64,000 nucleotides of DNA from Clostridia bacterium. GTDB taxonomy: Bacteria > Bacillota > Clostridia > UMGS1883. This document shows, piece by piece, positions 19,447-29,367 of this stretch. The stretch spans positions 2,855-66,854 of the forward strand of contig JAZRTB010000077.1 in NCBI GenBank assembly GCA_045651805.1, in the 5' to 3' direction. The translations under genes were made by a program, and so were the position numbers. The notes under the pieces were generated by a model that was given only the letters and a program-made list of their open reading frames with translations, did no database searches and was not told where the DNA came from. Position 1 is the first letter of the stretch. Each line of letters begins with the position of its first letter.

Positions 19447-20295
19447 ATGTATCAGTTTCCTATCGGAGTTATGCTTGACTCATTTAAACTCGGAACAAAA
19501 GAAGCAATTATAAAAGCATCTGAAATTGGTGCAAAAGGACTTCAGATGTACTCTACCAACGGCGAAAATTCACCTGAAAATCTTACGGGAAGTAAACGTC
19601 GTGAGCTTCTTGATATGGTTAAGTCGAACGGTCTTGTTTTTTCTGCACTTTGCGGTGACCTGGGTATGGGATTTGGCAATAAAGAACTTAATCCGGGACT
19701 TATTGAAAAGTCAAAGAGAATTCTGGATCTTGCAAAGGAACTTGAAACAGATATTGTTACAACTCATATTGGTGTAGTTCCTGCAGACCCCAATCACGAC
19801 AGATATAAAATAATGCAGGAAGCTTGTTTTGAACTTGCACGTTATGCGGACAGTATGGGTGCACACTTTGCTATTGAAACAGGTCCTGAAGTTGCAACAA
19901 CGCTTAAAGGTTTCCTTGATAGCCTTGGTTCAACAGGTGTTGCGGTAAACTTTGACCCTGCAAACTTTGTTATGGTTACGGGTGATGACCCTGTAAAAGG
20001 AGTTCACACTCTTAAGGATTATATCGTCCATACTCACGCAAAGGACGGCGTAAACCTCCGCCCGTGTAATCCCGAGGTTGTGTATCGTATAATTGACGAA
20101 GAAGCAAATCAGGGTGATGCTTACCTTGAAATGCCTCTTGGTGAAGGTAATGTTGATTTTAATAATTACCTCAAAGCTCTTGAAGAAATCGGCTACAAGG
20201 GATTCCTTACAGTTGAAAGAGAAGTAGGAGAAAATCCTGCATCGGATATTGCAAAAGCCGTTGAATTTCTGAAAAACAAGATTAATACACTTTAA
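19447..20295 (+). CDS. Sugar phosphate isomerase/epimerase (xylose-isomerase-like TIM barrel, AP_endonuc_2)
   Basis: AIETG, NFDPAN, HTHAKD, PLGEGNVD, TVERE metal-ligand pattern. Confidence 0.92.
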   Translation: MYQFPIGVMLDSFKLGTKEAIIKASEIGAKGLQMYSTNGENSPENLTGSKRRELLDMVKSNGLVFSALCGDLGMGFGNKELNPGLIEKSKRILDLAKELETDIVTTHIGVVPADPNHDRYKIMQEACFELARYADSMGAHFAIETGPEVATTLKGFLDSLGSTGVAVNFDPANFVMVTGDDPVKGVHTLKDYIVHTHAKDGVNLRPCNPEVVYRIIDEEANQGDAYLEMPLGEGNVDFNNYLKALEEIGYKGFLTVEREVGENPASDIAKAVEFLKNKINTL

Positions 20296-20301
20296 ACTAC
20301 T

Positions 20302-20339
20302 AAACCTACCGTATTTCATAGAAATCGGTAGGTTTTTTT
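20302..20339 (+). terminator. Intrinsic terminator
   Basis: AAACCTACCG...CGGTAGGTTTTTTT. Confidence 0.85.
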
Positions 20340-20348
20340 ATGCCTTAT

Positions 20349-20429
20349 AAGTTTTTGTCCGGTTGTAAAGAAAAAGACCGAATTTTTCTGGTAATAAGCA
20401 TAGACGAATCCAAGAAAATATGCTATATT
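20349..20429 (+). promoter_or_regulatory. Activator-type promoter with motif-A boxes
   Basis: AAGTTTTTGTCC (20349), AAGAAAAAGACC (20368), -35 TAGACG (20401)-17-TATATT with extended TG. Confidence 0.55.
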
Positions 20430-20461
20430 ATTAATAGGATTAACAGGCGTGGAGGAAAATT

Positions 20462-22615
20462 ATGTGTAAAAACGAAGTTGTAAATGTTAAAATGAATACT
20501 GCCGACTCAATTTTGAATAAAATTCAGGATGTTGAAAGAATAACCGATGTAGTTCTTGAACATCTGCTTGCAACAAGACCGATTAAGAAACCTGTGTGGA
20601 ATCCTTATGTCTATATGGAGAGTGTTGCCTACAGAAAAACCCGTAAGCACGATATTTATGTAGAAATGAATAAAATATATCCCGAACATAAAGCGGGAGA
20701 TGTGGCGTATGTTTCAGCAAACATAAAGATAGAAAAGGATTATACTGTCTGGATAAATGTAGTTGGTTTGGTTTCGGTTTTTCTTGACGGAAAGTGTATC
20801 TTTTCGGCATTTGAAGATGCTAAAAACTCTGCGGAAAATATGAAGTATTTTTCTGTTCCTGTTAATCTCAAAAAGGATGCAACAAATAATCTTGTATTAA
20901 AATACGTTTTTAACGATATAAATGATGGATTCTGGCTTAATATATCACCTCCGAATTGTGTAAGTCTTTGGGCAAACTTTTATCTTGTTATGGTACGTTT
21001 GAATTTGCCTATGGAAGGCTTTACAAAAGAAGAAGGCATAGCATTTTCTCCGATTTATACCGGATTTGATTCTTTGGAAGAAGCCTATTTTGCAAAATGC
21101 GACTTTGAAAAAAGGCCCGTTTACCGATATCCCGAAATTATTAATGAGGAAAATCTTGTAGATTTTTCAGCTATGTATAATTCCGGGAAATATGCTATTG
21201 CGTATTCTTGTGCAGAAATGGATGGATTTATTACTTTTGTTGCAAAATCAGAAACCGATGTTTATATAAATAACAGCGAGGTATGTACAGCTTGTGAGAA
21301 TAGTGTAAAAACAATCCGCTTTACAAAAAATGATGAAATTATTTTAAGATCCAAAAAGGAAAATGATTGGGGATTTGAAATTAAAAACTGTAAAGGTTTA
21401 TCCCTTGATATGCTTGAAACCGACAGAAAAAAAGATTTTCGTTTCATGTATTGCGGCCCATTTTATACTGATGAAATTTTGAAAGTTTGCAAAAACGAGA
21501 TAAGACCTGTACTTAATGAAAAAGGGGAAACAGTTTTCTGGAGATTTCAGCATGCTGAACTGAGAGCGTATATTGATTCAAGCTTTTTTGGACATTGGTA
21601 TTATGCAACTATGCTTTGCTGCTATGGTATGCAGTATGCGGGAAATGCTCTCGGTATTACAAAATATCGTGAATATTTTGTAGAAATGATGTCGTTTCTG
21701 GCAGATTGGTATGATTATGCAAGATATGATTTTTCAAAATATAATTTTGCTAATTTTATGAGTGGGGCATCCTCTGAAAAACTTTTGGATTTCAACGGAA
21801 CAATGGGTGTTAACTTTATTGAAGCTTATAAAATTACAGGGGATAAAAAGTACCTTTCAATAATTGAAAAACTTTATGAAAACGTAAAAACAAAAATTTC
21901 AAGATTCGAAGACGGTACTTTCTGCAGAAAAGAAAGTGGAACGATGTGGGCTGACGACTTCTTTATGGCTTGTCCATTTCTGATAAGATTGTATAAAGAC
22001 CTTGGAGTGAAAGAGTGCCTTGACGAAATTGTTACGCAGATTCACGGATTCAAAAAGAGACTTTATATGTCCGAAAAGAAAATCTTTTCGCACATTTTCT
22101 TCCTGGATACTGAATTAAAGAACTGTATTCCCTGGGGCAGAGGCAACGGATGGGTTGCTCTTTCATTAAGCGAAGTTCTGCTTGCTTTAAAGGATGAAAC
22201 AGGTGATAAGATCGATGTACTTCGATCTGCTTTTGCTGAATTTTGTGAAGGATTATCGGAATTTCAGGATGAAGAGGGTATGTGGCATCAGGTGCTGGAC
22301 AGGGCTGACAGCTATCAGGAAGCGTCCTGCACGGCAATGTTCACGTTAGCAATGTACCGCGGTGTAAAGTATGGATGGATTGACAAAAAATACATATCCA
22401 ATGTAAAGCTTGGGTTGAAAGCATTGCTTTCAAAGTGTGTAGATAAAGACGGTGTTTTTTATAATGTGTGTATGGGGTCAAGCTGCTCCATGGATGTTTC
22501 TTACTACTTAAGACTCGGTACAGTTAAGGATGATAATCACGGAACGGGAGTCCTTCTGATGCTCTTTGGCGATATGATTATGAACGGTGATGGCGGTATT
22601 GCTAAAGAATTATGA
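20462..22615 (+). CDS. GH105 unsaturated (rhamno)galacturonyl/glucuronyl hydrolase with about 370-aa N-terminal extension, no signal peptide
   Basis: WYY, LLDFNG, MWADDFFM, WGRGNGW, WHQVLD, EASCTAMF, HGTG. Confidence 0.9.
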   Translation: MCKNEVVNVKMNTADSILNKIQDVERITDVVLEHLLATRPIKKPVWNPYVYMESVAYRKTRKHDIYVEMNKIYPEHKAGDVAYVSANIKIEKDYTVWINVVGLVSVFLDGKCIFSAFEDAKNSAENMKYFSVPVNLKKDATNNLVLKYVFNDINDGFWLNISPPNCVSLWANFYLVMVRLNLPMEGFTKEEGIAFSPIYTGFDSLEEAYFAKCDFEKRPVYRYPEIINEENLVDFSAMYNSGKYAIAYSCAEMDGFITFVAKSETDVYINNSEVCTACENSVKTIRFTKNDEIILRSKKENDWGFEIKNCKGLSLDMLETDRKKDFRFMYCGPFYTDEILKVCKNEIRPVLNEKGETVFWRFQHAELRAYIDSSFFGHWYYATMLCCYGMQYAGNALGITKYREYFVEMMSFLADWYDYARYDFSKYNFANFMSGASSEKLLDFNGTMGVNFIEAYKITGDKKYLSIIEKLYENVKTKISRFEDGTFCRKESGTMWADDFFMACPFLIRLYKDLGVKECLDEIVTQIHGFKKRLYMSEKKIFSHIFFLDTELKNCIPWGRGNGWVALSLSEVLLALKDETGDKIDVLRSAFAEFCEGLSEFQDEEGMWHQVLDRADSYQEASCTAMFTLAMYRGVKYGWIDKKYISNVKLGLKALLSKCVDKDGVFYNVCMGSSCSMDVSYYLRLGTVKDDNHGTGVLLMLFGDMIMNGDGGIAKEL

Positions 22616-22647
22616 TGGTTCGATTTTAAAAATATGGTTGCCATTGT

Positions 22648-22709
22648 AAGAAAATGTCCTGTCTTTCAAAGATTTATGTGTGTACAAAATCCGGTGTTTG
22701 TGTAATAAT
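22648..22709 (+). promoter_or_regulatory. Activator-type promoter with motif-A boxes (AraC/SLH/lyase operon)
   Basis: AAGAAAATGTCC (22648) + AAGATTTATGTG (22669), 21-bp period, abutting TGTACA-17-AATAAT with extended TG. Confidence 0.55.
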
Positions 22710-22741
22710 AATGCATATGTGCGTAATTGAAAGGTAAAAGT

Positions 22742-24178
22742 ATGAAAAGTGTGAAAAAAGGCAATAAAAAAAATAAATATATTGCGTTGACAGTTTTGAT
22801 TACAACAATTGTTTTTGCTATGGTTGTTGCATATTTCTGCCTTAATAATATAACTGCAGAAAATATTTTGTTTTTGCTTGCAATCGCGTTAATTTTCCTG
22901 ATGATGGCTTTCATTATAAAAAAGCAAAACGAATTAAGAAAGATATTTAAAGTGCTGGATAGGTCATCAAAAGACGATGAAATGTGTTTTGAGAACTTTG
23001 AAGAAAAACTTGTTTGTTTAGTAAAGGAAAAAGATTCGCTTGGAATTGAACTTGGAAAGAAAACTGTTTCTGAGTTTCTTGAAGGAAAGCTTCCGGCAAG
23101 TTCGGTAAAAAATATAATTTCTGAATTTAGTGGTGAAAAAGGTATTCTGTTTGTTGCTTATGGTAAAGCTTCTTTATCTGATGAATTATCAGATAAAGTA
23201 AAGGAAACTGCAGAAGAGTATTTTTCAGAATTAGCAGAAATCTGTTTTTCTCAAAACCGTAATACAGGTACTCTGTGTATGATTATGAACTATGTTGAGT
23301 CAACCGAAGGTCTGAAAGAAAGAATTGAAAGAGTCTCAAGAAAGTTCATTAATGCTATAAAATCAGAGTTTGGCATTGATGCGGATGTAATTTACGGAAG
23401 GACTACAAAAAACATTGATGAGCTTCCTTTTGTGTACCGTGAAATTAAAGATACAGTTTTTCTGTGTCAGAAAGACGGTTGCATTTTTGATTCGGAAAAA
23501 ATTGCACAGCGCAGTTATGATGTGTATAACTATTCCGTTGACACGGAAATCGGTATTATTATTTATATAAAAAAGGGCGATTTTGCCCGTGCCTATGGAA
23601 TGATACGTAATGAACTTGATGAAATTCTCTATCAGCGCAGTTACCCTATATACATAATACGATGTTTCATGTTTGAAATTGCCGGCACCATACTTAAAGC
23701 GATAGGAGAAACTGAAAAAGAAAATGATATAAGTCTTGGTTGCAGTAAAAATCTCAATAATATCTTTTATACTGATTCTGTTATTGAAATGGAATATATT
23801 CTTAAAGAATATTTGAAAGAAGTATGTGAATGTATTGCTGAAAACAATAAAGGCGTCGCTTCTCCTTTCTGTGAAAAAATTAAACAGTATGTGCGGGAGA
23901 ATTATTCAGATGTGGATATGAATGTTAATGCAATTGCCGCCAGATTCTACATTAACCCGGCATACCTTTCCAATATGTTTAAACGCAATACGGAAATGAA
24001 ACTTCTTGATTACATAAATAAGGTCAGAATTGAAGAAGCAAAAAAGATGATGATTGTAAATCCTGAAATAACTATGGAAGAATTGTCCGAAAAATCGGGA
24101 TTCAAGAATTCCAGAACATTCAGAAGAATCTTCCTTAAGTACGAGGAAGTAGCTCCGTCTAAATTTGTAAAAATGTAA
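22742..24178 (+). CDS. Membrane-anchored AraC-family transcriptional regulator (YesS-like)
   Basis: Two adjacent N-terminal TM helices; C-terminal double HTH (NPAYLSNMFK...RIEEAK...GFKNSRTFRRIF). Confidence 0.9.
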   Translation: MKSVKKGNKKNKYIALTVLITTIVFAMVVAYFCLNNITAENILFLLAIALIFLMMAFIIKKQNELRKIFKVLDRSSKDDEMCFENFEEKLVCLVKEKDSLGIELGKKTVSEFLEGKLPASSVKNIISEFSGEKGILFVAYGKASLSDELSDKVKETAEEYFSELAEICFSQNRNTGTLCMIMNYVESTEGLKERIERVSRKFINAIKSEFGIDADVIYGRTTKNIDELPFVYREIKDTVFLCQKDGCIFDSEKIAQRSYDVYNYSVDTEIGIIIYIKKGDFARAYGMIRNELDEILYQRSYPIYIIRCFMFEIAGTILKAIGETEKENDISLGCSKNLNNIFYTDSVIEMEYILKEYLKEVCECIAENNKGVASPFCEKIKQYVRENYSDVDMNVNAIAARFYINPAYLSNMFKRNTEMKLLDYINKVRIEEAKKMMIVNPEITMEELSEKSGFKNSRTFRRIFLKYEEVAPSKFVKM

Positions 24179-24204
24179 TGTTAACCATTAAAAGGAGGAT
24201 ACAT

Positions 24205-26670
24205 ATGAAAAAGAAAGGTTTATCATTGGTTGTCGCAGTAATAATGGCGTTTTCTGTTGTTTCTGCGGCTATGGCAGAGGGTACTGAAACTGCTTATGTA
24301 ACAGAACTTACCTTCTCGCAGGATTTTGAAAGCTATGTTGCACAGTCCTCGCAGAACGGTGTGGAAGTGTTCGGGGAGACAGTAGACAAAGCTCTTTTTA
24401 TCAAAAGAACAGACCTTACTACAGACAATGTAGAAAAGATTACTTTGGATACTCCTGTTACCCATGATATAGTTGAGCTTGAATTCAAGCTTCTTCCCAG
24501 AGAAACCGCAGGTGAAAAAGCGGAAGCGTATATTCAGCTTTTCCAGGGGTCAAGCAGTGCACGCCTTAACGTAAAGATAAGCTGTGATAACGGTGACCTT
24601 AATCGCTATCGCATTAAGGTGGGAAGTAAAGAAGTTATAGGTAAAGAAGACCTTTATCATCTTCCTAAAAATCCCGAAGATGATGGTGATAACTTTACAA
24701 AAGAGAACTTCAATGTTATAAAAATGGTTATGCACAGAGTTGATGTGGACGGAGCTACAGACAGTAACCTGTCAAACTTCTATGTATATCTTAACGATGA
24801 ACTTAAAGGAACATACACATTTGCCGAGATCGGAACCGGTGGAATCAGTTACACTTACGGAAAAACTATTGAAAGCGTGAGAATGTATCAGTATAGATAC
24901 GACACAGGAAATCCGCTTGATGAGGAAGTATATTTTGACGATATAATTATAAGAGGAAAAACAATGGTTGAGTACGATCCCCAGGCACTTGAAATGAATT
25001 TTGATGCTTCAATGAATTATACAGGGGATGCTTCGCTTGTGATAAACGGAACAGATTCGCAATATCTTGAACAGAGCTATGAAGTGAAGCTTACAAATTC
25101 AGAAGACGAAACGGATATCACGGAAGTTGCAGTTGTTGATGCAGTTAGAAATGATGACGGTGCCGCAGTATTCTCCTGCAATACCGCAGTAAGCGTAAAT
25201 CCAGGTTGGTACATCCTTTCTTTGCAGCGTCTTGTCGACGGTGAAGCAACAGGAAATGAACAGTCATGTAAAATTTATATTGCTACAACAGAGCAGCTTT
25301 CATCGCTTCCCGGAGATTTTTCTGAACTTCCCCAAAACAGCACAGAAGCACAGGAATTAATAAAATACTATCTGCCGTGCTTTTTGACTGAAGAAGAAAT
25401 AACGGAAATTCTTCCGGAAGAAAACGGCACACTTACACAGAAAGCAAATGAAAACCTCGCTTTTATCACCAGCTATTTCAAAGAGAAAAATGCAACATAT
25501 ACGGATATTGATGAAGTGCATACAGATTTCTTAAAAGCAAAAGGTTATCTTGAACTTAAAAATGCAGAAACCACTCAGGAAATCATAGAAACTCTTGAAA
25601 ATGGAAATTACCTTGCAGATTATTCGGAAAATCCCGTTTATATCGAACATAATGAAGAATTTTACACTCATTTTGAAACAAAGAGAACAGATAATGAAAA
25701 TCCCCTTGTTTCAGATGAAAAAATTGAGAAGGCATTGCGTTATTCAATGGCTATGACAAGCCTCAATAATGCAGAAAGAAGCGGAATTGAAGGAATAGTG
25801 GAAGAATACAACGATGATGTATTCGGACTTAATCTTGAAAAGGTTAATGAAGAAAACAAAGATTCTTTATATTCATCACTTTACAATAAATCTTATACGG
25901 ATATCGGTACAGTTCTTTCCGACTGGGAAGATGCTGTGAATTCAATTCCCGAAACTCCTGAACTTCCTCCTGAACTTGAGGAAGAAGAAAAGTATCCTTC
26001 GGGTGGTTCTTCTGGTGGTTCTTCAGGCGGCAGCGGTGGCGGCTCCTTTGGAGGAAGTATTTCAAAGAAAGATGAGGACGATACTCTCGCACCGAAGATT
26101 GAGCCTACCGATGCAGTTGTCGAAGAAAAACCCGAAGAAACTGGAATGAAGCTTACGGACATATCTGAACACTGGGCAGAAAAGGAAATGACAGCACTTT
26201 GTGAAAAAGGCTATATTACAGGCTTTGAAGATAATACTTTCCGTCCCGGAAATAAAATTACAAGGGCAGAGCTTGTAACAATTCTTGCAAGAATCCTTCC
26301 CGATGCAGATTCAGAAAGTAAAGTTGAGTTTTCCGATGTAAAAGAAAGTGCCTGGTATTATGCTTCTGTAAAAAAAGCAGTAAACCTTGGTATTACACAG
26401 GGGGCAGACGGAAAGTTTATGCCCGATGATTATATTACAAGAGAACAGCTTGCAGTTATGGTATACCGTGCTGTAAAGGCAGACGAAAAAGCAGAAACAA
26501 TCTCGTTTGAAGATGCCGGTACAGTTTCAGAATATGCAAAAGATGCAATTTCATATCTTTATACGAACGGAATTATAACAGGATATGAAGATAATACATT
26601 CCGTCCGCAGAACCCTGTTACAAGGGCGGAAGCAGCAAAGATTCTTTACGGATTGTTTGCAGAAAATTAA
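24205..26670 (+). CDS. Secreted SLH protein: ConA-like beta-sandwich, Ig-like domain, helical region, Gly/Ser linker, three C-terminal SLH repeats
   Basis: Signal peptide ending AMA-E; QDFE...YFDDIII; GGSSGGSSGGSGGG; SLH motifs ITRAE, ITREQ, VTRAE; RBS AGGAGG. Confidence 0.9.
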   Translation: MKKKGLSLVVAVIMAFSVVSAAMAEGTETAYVTELTFSQDFESYVAQSSQNGVEVFGETVDKALFIKRTDLTTDNVEKITLDTPVTHDIVELEFKLLPRETAGEKAEAYIQLFQGSSSARLNVKISCDNGDLNRYRIKVGSKEVIGKEDLYHLPKNPEDDGDNFTKENFNVIKMVMHRVDVDGATDSNLSNFYVYLNDELKGTYTFAEIGTGGISYTYGKTIESVRMYQYRYDTGNPLDEEVYFDDIIIRGKTMVEYDPQALEMNFDASMNYTGDASLVINGTDSQYLEQSYEVKLTNSEDETDITEVAVVDAVRNDDGAAVFSCNTAVSVNPGWYILSLQRLVDGEATGNEQSCKIYIATTEQLSSLPGDFSELPQNSTEAQELIKYYLPCFLTEEEITEILPEENGTLTQKANENLAFITSYFKEKNATYTDIDEVHTDFLKAKGYLELKNAETTQEIIETLENGNYLADYSENPVYIEHNEEFYTHFETKRTDNENPLVSDEKIEKALRYSMAMTSLNNAERSGIEGIVEEYNDDVFGLNLEKVNEENKDSLYSSLYNKSYTDIGTVLSDWEDAVNSIPETPELPPELEEEEKYPSGGSSGGSSGGSGGGSFGGSISKKDEDDTLAPKIEPTDAVVEEKPEETGMKLTDISEHWAEKEMTALCEKGYITGFEDNTFRPGNKITRAELVTILARILPDADSESKVEFSDVKESAWYYASVKKAVNLGITQGADGKFMPDDYITREQLAVMVYRAVKADEKAETISFEDAGTVSEYAKDAISYLYTNGIITGYEDNTFRPQNPVTRAEAAKILYGLFAEN

Positions 26671-26683
26671 AGGAGATATTATT

Positions 26684-29347
26684 ATGCGAAAAATTTTAGC
26701 AATAATATTATGTTGTATAATGTTTGTTCCTGCATTATCTGTTAATGCGGAAAACTTTACACAATTGTCAGTAAATACAGACCATCTGGAGGTTGTAAAA
26801 GCCCTTGGTATAATGGACGGTTTCAGGGAGTATGACGTTGATTCATCTTATATGACAAGAGGGGAGTTTGCATCGATTCTTTGCAAACTTACAAATATGG
26901 AAGACTATGTGACTTCTAATCCTCCGCAGTTTAATGATGTTAAAGAGGGTCATGCTTATTACAATCAGATTGCCGCTGTTTCAGCACAGAAAATAATGAT
27001 TGGTGATGCGGACGGAAACTTTATGCCTGATAAGCAGATTACATATTCTCAGGCAGTCAAGTGCCTTGTATATATTCTCGGCTATGAAGTTCAGGCGGAG
27101 AAGAAGGGCGGTTACCCAATTGGATATTCAATTACTGCCGATAAACTCGGAATGTTTGAAAATATCAACTACAAAGATAACGCTCTTGTAACAAGAGCTG
27201 AAATTGCACAGATGATTTATAACAGCCTTGAGGTTGAAATGTACGAACTTTCTCAGGTTTCGGAAGATGCTGTATACACAGAACTCAATGGCGGAACAAT
27301 CCTTAATAAATACCTTAACGTGCGTAAGTTCGAAGCAGTTGTAAATGATGTGGATGGAAGAAGCATCCTTTCACGTAACAGCGATACAACTGACGGCAGA
27401 GTCAAAATCGGAAGTACAGTTCTTAAATATACCAACAGCAATATTCCTGCACTTCTTGGCTATCGTGTAGAAGCGTACGCGACAAATAATGGCGGAAACG
27501 AAACTCTTATTTATGCTTTCCCCGTAAATGACAACAATGAATTAATTATTAAGGTAAGCGACCTGGAAACAGAAATATCTGATTTTTCGCTTAAAAAATT
27601 TTACTATACAGCACAGGATGGCAAGACTCTTGGTGTAAAGCTTTCAAACGAACACCGTTTTATGTATAACGGTGCATACGACCTTGATTTTGACCTTGAC
27701 GACCTTGACTTTACAACCGGATATGTAAATCTCATTGACCACGACAATGATGAGATTTATGACGTTTGTTTTGTTTGGAACTATGAAAATTATGTTGCAG
27801 AGTCCGTATCGGGAGATAATATTAGATGCCATTATAATAAGACTCTTCGCAAGGATACGGAAAACAAAGTTACATACCGTGTAATGGGTATTGACGGAGT
27901 ATGGGGCGACTGGAATCAGCTTCTTAAAGTCAACAACTGGGATGTACTCAGCGTTGCAAAATCAAAAGATGGGTCTCTCATAACCGTAGTTCCTACAAGA
28001 AGCGGTATTGGTGGAACTGTTGAAGCGGTAACGGAAGACGATAAAAAATATGCACAGATTAACGGCTTTGAATATGCTATATCAGAGCAGTATCTCAATC
28101 TTGCGGAAAACACCGGTTATATTCCGATAAAGCCCGGAATGAGATCTGAATTTTATTTTGACGTTGTAGGTGAAATTGCAGCTGTATACCGTGTTGAAAG
28201 CAATGCGATGAGATACGCATGGGCAATTAATGCAGCACCCAGGGGAAGCTTTACAAAGACTTATGAGATAAAGCTTTTTGATGAGGATGGAAAAATACAG
28301 ATTTTTGAAATGGCAGACAAAGTGAAGTTTGAATCTTCCGATGTGGAGGAAAAGTCATACAAAGTTTCCGACGTTGTTGCACAACTTCAGGACGGAGTAG
28401 GCACTTTCGTTCCGCAGCTCGTGATGTATACTGTTGATGATAACGGGGTTATTACAGCACTTAAAAAAGCCTCCGATGCATCAGTATTAGGCTATAATCT
28501 TGATGCATTCTCAAAGGATTTTGATACGGTAGAATCCTCCGAACAGTATACCTTCCAGAATGCAACAACCAGCTTTATTCATAAGAGCAGTTACAATCAG
28601 GTTTTCCATTTGACAGGTACGACAAAAATTTTCTACCTTCCCTGCGATAATGGTGAAGTTGTAGAAGATGATATGCAGATTGTTGATTCGTCAATCTTTG
28701 AAAATGGCGATGACTATAATAATATGCAGATATTTGACTGTGATGACACCTATAATGCCTCTGTTATGGTTTATATGCCGGATGCATCATCAAACAGCGA
28801 TGTAGAAGTGCTTGATGCGTATTTTATAGCGGTTAATGAAGTGTATATGGGAAAAGACAAAGACGGCGAATTTAAACCTATGATAAAGGGTATGTTCCGT
28901 GGAATTGAGGAAGAGTTTGAGTATATTTCAGTTGACGGAAGCACACCTGAGGCAGGAAGCATTATTCAGTGTCAGAAAAATCTTAAAGGCGAACTTAAAA
29001 TTCACGAAGACTATGTGATTTATTCACCCTCAAAAGGTGCAACTATTACCGAAAGAGTTACAATCAAAGGCAGCGGACAGTTCCCGTCAATATGGACACA
29101 GACAGGCCGTTTGTGGAGAAAGAACGGCTCTGCAGTAAGTATCTATGTTGGAACAGAACGTCCTTGGGCAGGTTATTTAAACAGCGCTACCATATATGAA
29201 TATTCAAAAGATGACAAGAAATTCAGTACAGCTACCGAATCAGCGATGGTTACTTCATCCGGTAATCCGCAAAGCATCCCCGATGGCTCTCTTATGGTGC
29301 TGAATTACAGATATCATTACATCCGTGAAATCTTTATAATCGGATAA
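26684..29347 (+). CDS. Secreted S-layer-like protein with N-terminal SLH repeats and a long beta-rich body
   Basis: Signal peptide VNA-E; LGIMDG, MTRGE, FNDV, FMPDKQIT, VTRAE; RBS AAGGAG before ATG 26684. Confidence 0.88.
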   Translation: MRKILAIILCCIMFVPALSVNAENFTQLSVNTDHLEVVKALGIMDGFREYDVDSSYMTRGEFASILCKLTNMEDYVTSNPPQFNDVKEGHAYYNQIAAVSAQKIMIGDADGNFMPDKQITYSQAVKCLVYILGYEVQAEKKGGYPIGYSITADKLGMFENINYKDNALVTRAEIAQMIYNSLEVEMYELSQVSEDAVYTELNGGTILNKYLNVRKFEAVVNDVDGRSILSRNSDTTDGRVKIGSTVLKYTNSNIPALLGYRVEAYATNNGGNETLIYAFPVNDNNELIIKVSDLETEISDFSLKKFYYTAQDGKTLGVKLSNEHRFMYNGAYDLDFDLDDLDFTTGYVNLIDHDNDEIYDVCFVWNYENYVAESVSGDNIRCHYNKTLRKDTENKVTYRVMGIDGVWGDWNQLLKVNNWDVLSVAKSKDGSLITVVPTRSGIGGTVEAVTEDDKKYAQINGFEYAISEQYLNLAENTGYIPIKPGMRSEFYFDVVGEIAAVYRVESNAMRYAWAINAAPRGSFTKTYEIKLFDEDGKIQIFEMADKVKFESSDVEEKSYKVSDVVAQLQDGVGTFVPQLVMYTVDDNGVITALKKASDASVLGYNLDAFSKDFDTVESSEQYTFQNATTSFIHKSSYNQVFHLTGTTKIFYLPCDNGEVVEDDMQIVDSSIFENGDDYNNMQIFDCDDTYNASVMVYMPDASSNSDVEVLDAYFIAVNEVYMGKDKDGEFKPMIKGMFRGIEEEFEYISVDGSTPEAGSIIQCQKNLKGELKIHEDYVIYSPSKGATITERVTIKGSGQFPSIWTQTGRLWRKNGSAVSIYVGTERPWAGYLNSATIYEYSKDDKKFSTATESAMVTSSGNPQSIPDGSLMVLNYRYHYIREIFIIG

Positions 29348-29367
29348 TTAGGGGAGGAGGCATAATT

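Noticed and set aside
24205-29347. Classical cellulosome scaffoldin (cohesins) as partner of the dockerin
   Set aside because: No cohesin-like repeat is recognisable by eye in either SLH protein; a divergent one cannot be excluded without an HMM or structure search.
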